Shown here piece after piece: positions 31,027 to 34,883 of a stretch of 34,883 nucleotides of DNA. The DNA is taken from contig JAUCBJ010005206.1 in assembly GCA_032718475.1 (NCBI GenBank), positions 1-34,883 of the forward strand, read 5' to 3'. This DNA is from Nemertoderma westbladi. Lineage: Eukaryota > Animalia > Xenacoelomorpha. Both the position numbers and the translations under genes were made by a program. The notes below the pieces were generated by a model that saw only the letters and a list, made by a program, of their open reading frames with translations, was not told the DNA's origin and made no database searches. Position 1 is the first letter of the stretch. Each line of letters begins with the position of its first letter.

Positions 31027-31935
31027 TTATGTAAATACAAAAAACAACAACAAACAATATATATAGGTATTGTAGGGCGAGCCACGAAGTAATGAGAACC
31101 TTAGGGTAGGGGTACCATTAATTGACTTTTCCAAGACGGACAGCTGTTCGCGAGTCAGTCTCAACTTCTCCTGAACGAGTTTACCTTCTACAGCCAGTCG
31201 CGCCTTCATGGATGCGTAGTGGTGGTAAACCTCGAGCTGTGATTGGTTCAAGCGATCACGTAGGGATAGTGCTACTGCATGGCTGCGTTGGTTGTCTCGG
31301 CTCTTGACTACTACTTGACTTGGTTGCTAAATCGAAGCTACATGGGAAGTTCCGCCATAATTTGGAGGCAGGTCATTTGACTCTAAATCCGGGTCATAAG
31401 TTTGTAGACGATTGATGGTCTCCCTTACCCCATACATATAAGCGGTTTCTATCAAATCACCATAACTAAAAGGCAAGGAAGGTGGCCGAAACAAACTTTT
31501 AGGTAAAGGAAAGAATCCCATAGCCATCTGGTCCCCCTGACTCGTTGCATCCAATCTTCTCATAGTGTATGGATTTGAGTTCGCGTGTGTTTCAAAATAC
31601 ACCAGATTTGTAATCTGTTCAGAGCTAGTATTAGCACATTTGGGAGAACATCTAGATGTTGCGCCATGTCCCCATACTCGACAAATACTGCATATCTCTA
31701 CCAGCTGTGTACATGCCATAATGTAATGGCTATCAATATTGCAGTATGGACAGTATACAGGTATTCTTCTGATGAGACACTTCCCTGATGGATGCTTGGA
31801 AATGGATATATTTTTAGATTCAGGACAGTCTGATCTGCCACAACGAGTGCATCCAGACATTCCTACCACATTCATAAAATATATATCTTCTGTTTCTCCA
31901 TTAGCGACTATTGAAGAGTTACTGATCTCAATTGA
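31027..31935 (-). pseudogene. CCHC zinc-knuckle protein (~300 codons), one internal stop, 5' end cut by a LINE fragment
   Basis: CPYCNIDSHYIMAC (CX2CX4HX4C), CSICRVWGHGATSRC and an upstream CTRC...HPSGKC. ORFs 31327-31875 and 31027-31251 are in the same frame across a single TAG, and the frame stays open upstream to 31935. Confidence 0.65.
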
Positions 31936-31938
31936 TTA

Positions 31939-32538
31939 CATTGATCTCAATTGCTGCAAAGCTATACAATAGAATTCTATTAAATCGCATCAGGGATCCC
32001 ATTGAGAGACTGCTCCGTGGAAATCAGAATGGGTTCCGTAAAGGTCGTGGGACCATGGAGCCCATTTTGGCACTTAGAAGGATAATTGAAGAGTTATCAA
32101 AAAGGAAAGACAGGCATCTGGCTGTTATCTTTGTTGACTTCTTCAAGGCCTTTGATTCAGTCTCTCGCTCACGTATGTTCAGCATACTTTCATTATATGG
32201 GATTTCGACAACATTTGTGTCTACTGTGGACGGTGACACAGAACCATTTGAAGTGTTATGGGTGTCCTCCAGAGAGAGACACTTGCACCATTCTTGTTCA
32301 TAATTGTTGTTGACTATGTTCTACGCATGTCCTTAGATCATCATAATGATGATGGGGTGATGATAACTCCACCTACTGGCTCCAGAAATCGAGGAAATCC
32401 TGCCAAGTACCTAACTGATCTAGACTTTGCTGATGACTTAGGAGTACTCTCAGAATCACTAGAGGGAGCCCAACGGCTCCTCAGCTCATTAGAACATGCT
32501 GCTTCTAGTGTTGGTCTTTTTATTAACTCCAGAAAGAC
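31939..32538 (+). mobile_element. Internal RT fragment of the same RTE family as 17232-19190
   Basis: Near-identical to the reverse complement of ~17940-18580 (LISIAAKLYN...DFFKAFDS...LDFADD...INSRKT), with a 42-bp internal deletion (PDEIIAAIRSVYDG lost) and a frameshift; truncated at both ends. Confidence 0.92.
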
Positions 32539-33276
32539 TATAATAAATATTCTAGAACATAACAATAATAACAGAGAGATAGGCTACTTATCTCTCCAAT
32601 CAGACAGCCACAGATAGGGTGTGTTCCGACGCAATCTAAGTTCATCCATCTCCAGTGGAAAGACGAAGCTAATAACAGCTGATTATTTCTATAAATGTAA
32701 GTGTTACCTGTTCTTTTGACTTTCGTTTAAATTGTTCTTTTTTGCTCGGAGTAGACCTACTTTTTTCCCTCACTGTTTACTGTTTACTTATTTTCCGGAT
32801 TATTATAGTATTACCAAGTCAATATGATTTAATATAGACACAATAATATTATACTTATTTTTTTATTGTTACTTTATGGAATAACGATTAGAATCAATGT
32901 TATGGAACAATATATTTATAATATTTATAACATTATATTCAATATACAGAAAATAAACGGAATATTCAGTTTCTATTTTACATAAGTTTTCACATTATTA
33001 ATATTAAATACTGTATATCTCATGGAGTTTATAACACCAGTAGTAGTAGGGAAATTCTTGCCGTCTATAAAAATTTTCTAGAACATTCAATTATTTGCAT
33101 GGAGTGAACGGAGATGCCATTGTTAGAGAAGGCAATATATCGAGCTTGAAGGCGTATATGTCTGCTGGCCAGACAGTAGTGTAGCTAATGCAATGGATGG
33201 GGCAGCCGGCCTGCGTCGATATTTATATGGGATGTAAATAGGAGGTCCTTTTTTTGCCCCATTTATTCGGGATTCA

Positions 33277-33928
33277 TGTGAGCGGATTCAATTCCGCCTC
33301 ATTACCCTCACAAAGTAAGGACAGTGGCGCCTCTTCAGCAATAAGTTGACGAAGTGAGATTACCCTCGGTAATCTCACCCCATAACCAACTGGGGGGGGG
33401 GGGGGGGGGGGGGTTGCAAAGTGAGGTGAAAGGTTAAACCACTTGGAGGGGCAAACGAGCTAGAGAAGCTAGCAGTAGGAGGTAACACCTACACAGGGAG
33501 TGGCGAGGCGATAAGTAGCCAATAAGGGCCAATTAGTAGGCAAGGAAGGGAATGGGGAGAATGAAGCGTATCTATTGGATGATAAGGCCACCCTTAGTGT
33601 AGGACTAATAATAATACATGTACTGATGCAATATATAACCGTTATACTATGTCATTGCTATTCAGTTTGTTGCCAGAAACAACCTTGGAACCGGAATAGT
33701 TCTGACCGTTGTCACAACTACAGTCTGCTAGTGCGATGTAACTGATTGTGCTGATTATAATTGATTGTGCTATTATCTGTACCTATGAAGCTATTAACAT
33801 TTGTATTGATCATTAACACCACTCAATCGGTTTTCCAACAGCCTTCGGCCTAATAATTTACGGCAGCCTACGGACGCAACAACGCGTGAACTGAACTTAA
33901 CCTGGTCGGGATCACAGATCCCATCACA
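33277..33928 (+). mobile_element. 5' LTR (652 bp) of LTR family B
   Basis: TGTGAGCGGATTCAATTCCGC...GATCCCATCACA (TGTGA/TCACA inverted ends); ends homologous to 1371-1888; contains a G22 run. Confidence 0.7.
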
Positions 33929-34046
33929 GTCAGACCTATTCCGGTTCCAAGGTCGTTTCTGGCAACCAACCTTGAAGAAGGCCGTTGGAAAACCGAGTCA
34001 GAAAGTCAGAACTACCACCTTCAATAGCTGTGACGCACCAACAACA

Positions 34047-34655
34047 ATGAGTGATAGATCACCCCACTCGGGAGAAAGAATGCCCCCGCGGACCCCAAGC
34101 GACACCGACGCAATGATCCGCAAGGCCGCTACGAGACGTTACCGGCCCGCCACCCCGGACTCGCCAACGAGGGACAACCCGGAGATCTGTGCGGAAGGCG
34201 GCCGAAGAAGAGAAGAAGAGTCGATGCGCGATGGAGATGACGGCGGATGGAGTACCAAAGTCGCCGGCCAGCCACAGGCCGAAGGCAACGGACGACCCAC
34301 CGGAACAGCGATGGTGGGACTGCCAGTACGACGCCGGACAAAGAGAGAGGGAAAAGCCAGCCAGGAGGATGTCGGGATGAGCGATCATCTGCGACGGGCC
34401 TACAACGCCACCAGGAAGCTGTTAAAAGAGGCCAGAGAAGGAAAGGAGGTGAACCAGTCTAGACTCTACCATAGACTAGGTGAGTCTATTGAACACTTCC
34501 TATAATTAGTCCATTTCGGACAGGGAGAACTAGTGAGAGAGAGGGCAAGGGGGGTTGCCATGGAACTCACAGAATTGTGGCGATCCGGGGTGATGGAGGC
34601 CAGATCGGTGTACATAGGGCCTTATCTGGTAGATGCGCAGGGAATTAAGTTAGTG
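34047..34655 (+). pseudogene. Truncated Gag-like N-terminus of LTR family B
   Basis: MSDRSPHSG...IRKAATRRY...GRPTGTAMVGLPVRRRT...DVGMSDHLRRAYNATRKLLKEAREG...LGESIEHFL*LVHFGQGELVRERARGVAMEL...VYIGPYLVDAQGIK aligns with the 1-1300 ORF; homology stops at ~34655. Confidence 0.75.
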
Positions 34656-34823
34656 TAATGTGAGAAACCCAAATACGTACTCCTACTGTATGAAGAGACA
34701 GTAACAAATACGCGAATCCTGCAATATCGTACTATAGAGTCTGTGAATCAAAGCATAAATCCGACCTTCTCACCAAAACAGTAAACTCTAAGTAAGCGAA
34801 CTTATTGCAGTATCGGTCTCTTA

Positions 34824-34883
34824 TAACCGGTGAGGCAGAAAACAGTCTACGAACGGACAAACTTCGGTAAAACAAAATCCCGT
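34824..34883 (+). repeat. Second copy of the 1898-1957 repeat, cut by the window edge
   Basis: TAACCGGTGAGGCAGAAAACAGTCTACGAACGGACAAA...AATCCCG. Confidence 0.65.

Noticed and set aside
33392-33413. G22 run as a functional element
   Set aside because: It is absent from the homologous LTR at 1371-1888, and homopolymer length is unreliable in assemblies.
1-34655. The two family-B ends as inverted termini of one giant element spanning the window
   Set aside because: They point outward and are substantially diverged with different LTR lengths, so they are two independent insertions of related subfamilies.

Overview
Repeat-dense animal (metazoan, probably invertebrate) genomic DNA, not prokaryotic; the species cannot be determined from the sequence. 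The main feature is a complete 12.4-kb BEL/Pao-type LTR element (3886-16313, minus strand) with two ~1.25-kb LTRs and a GTGTG target-site duplication. It encodes a decayed Gag-protease polyprotein, lacks RT, most of RNase H and the integrase core, and carries a second, unrecognised ~430-codon ORF before its 3' LTR. Also present are two 5' ends of a second LTR family with hairpin-capped LTRs and no TGG primer-binding site (1-1888 minus, 33277-34655 plus), three RTE-type LINE pieces and one other LINE RT relic. A ~5-kb region holds a 33-bp minisatellite with higher-order structure, split by a solo LTR. The window also has a GGGGAC-motif-rich dispersed element associated with GT microsatellites, a 202-bp foldback/MITE and a disrupted CCHC zinc-knuckle ORF. 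The only host-like gene is an intronless type II membrane fibrinogen-related protein with a single frameshift. No rRNA, tRNA or CRISPR array is supported. All family assignments come from motif recognition by eye, not database searches.
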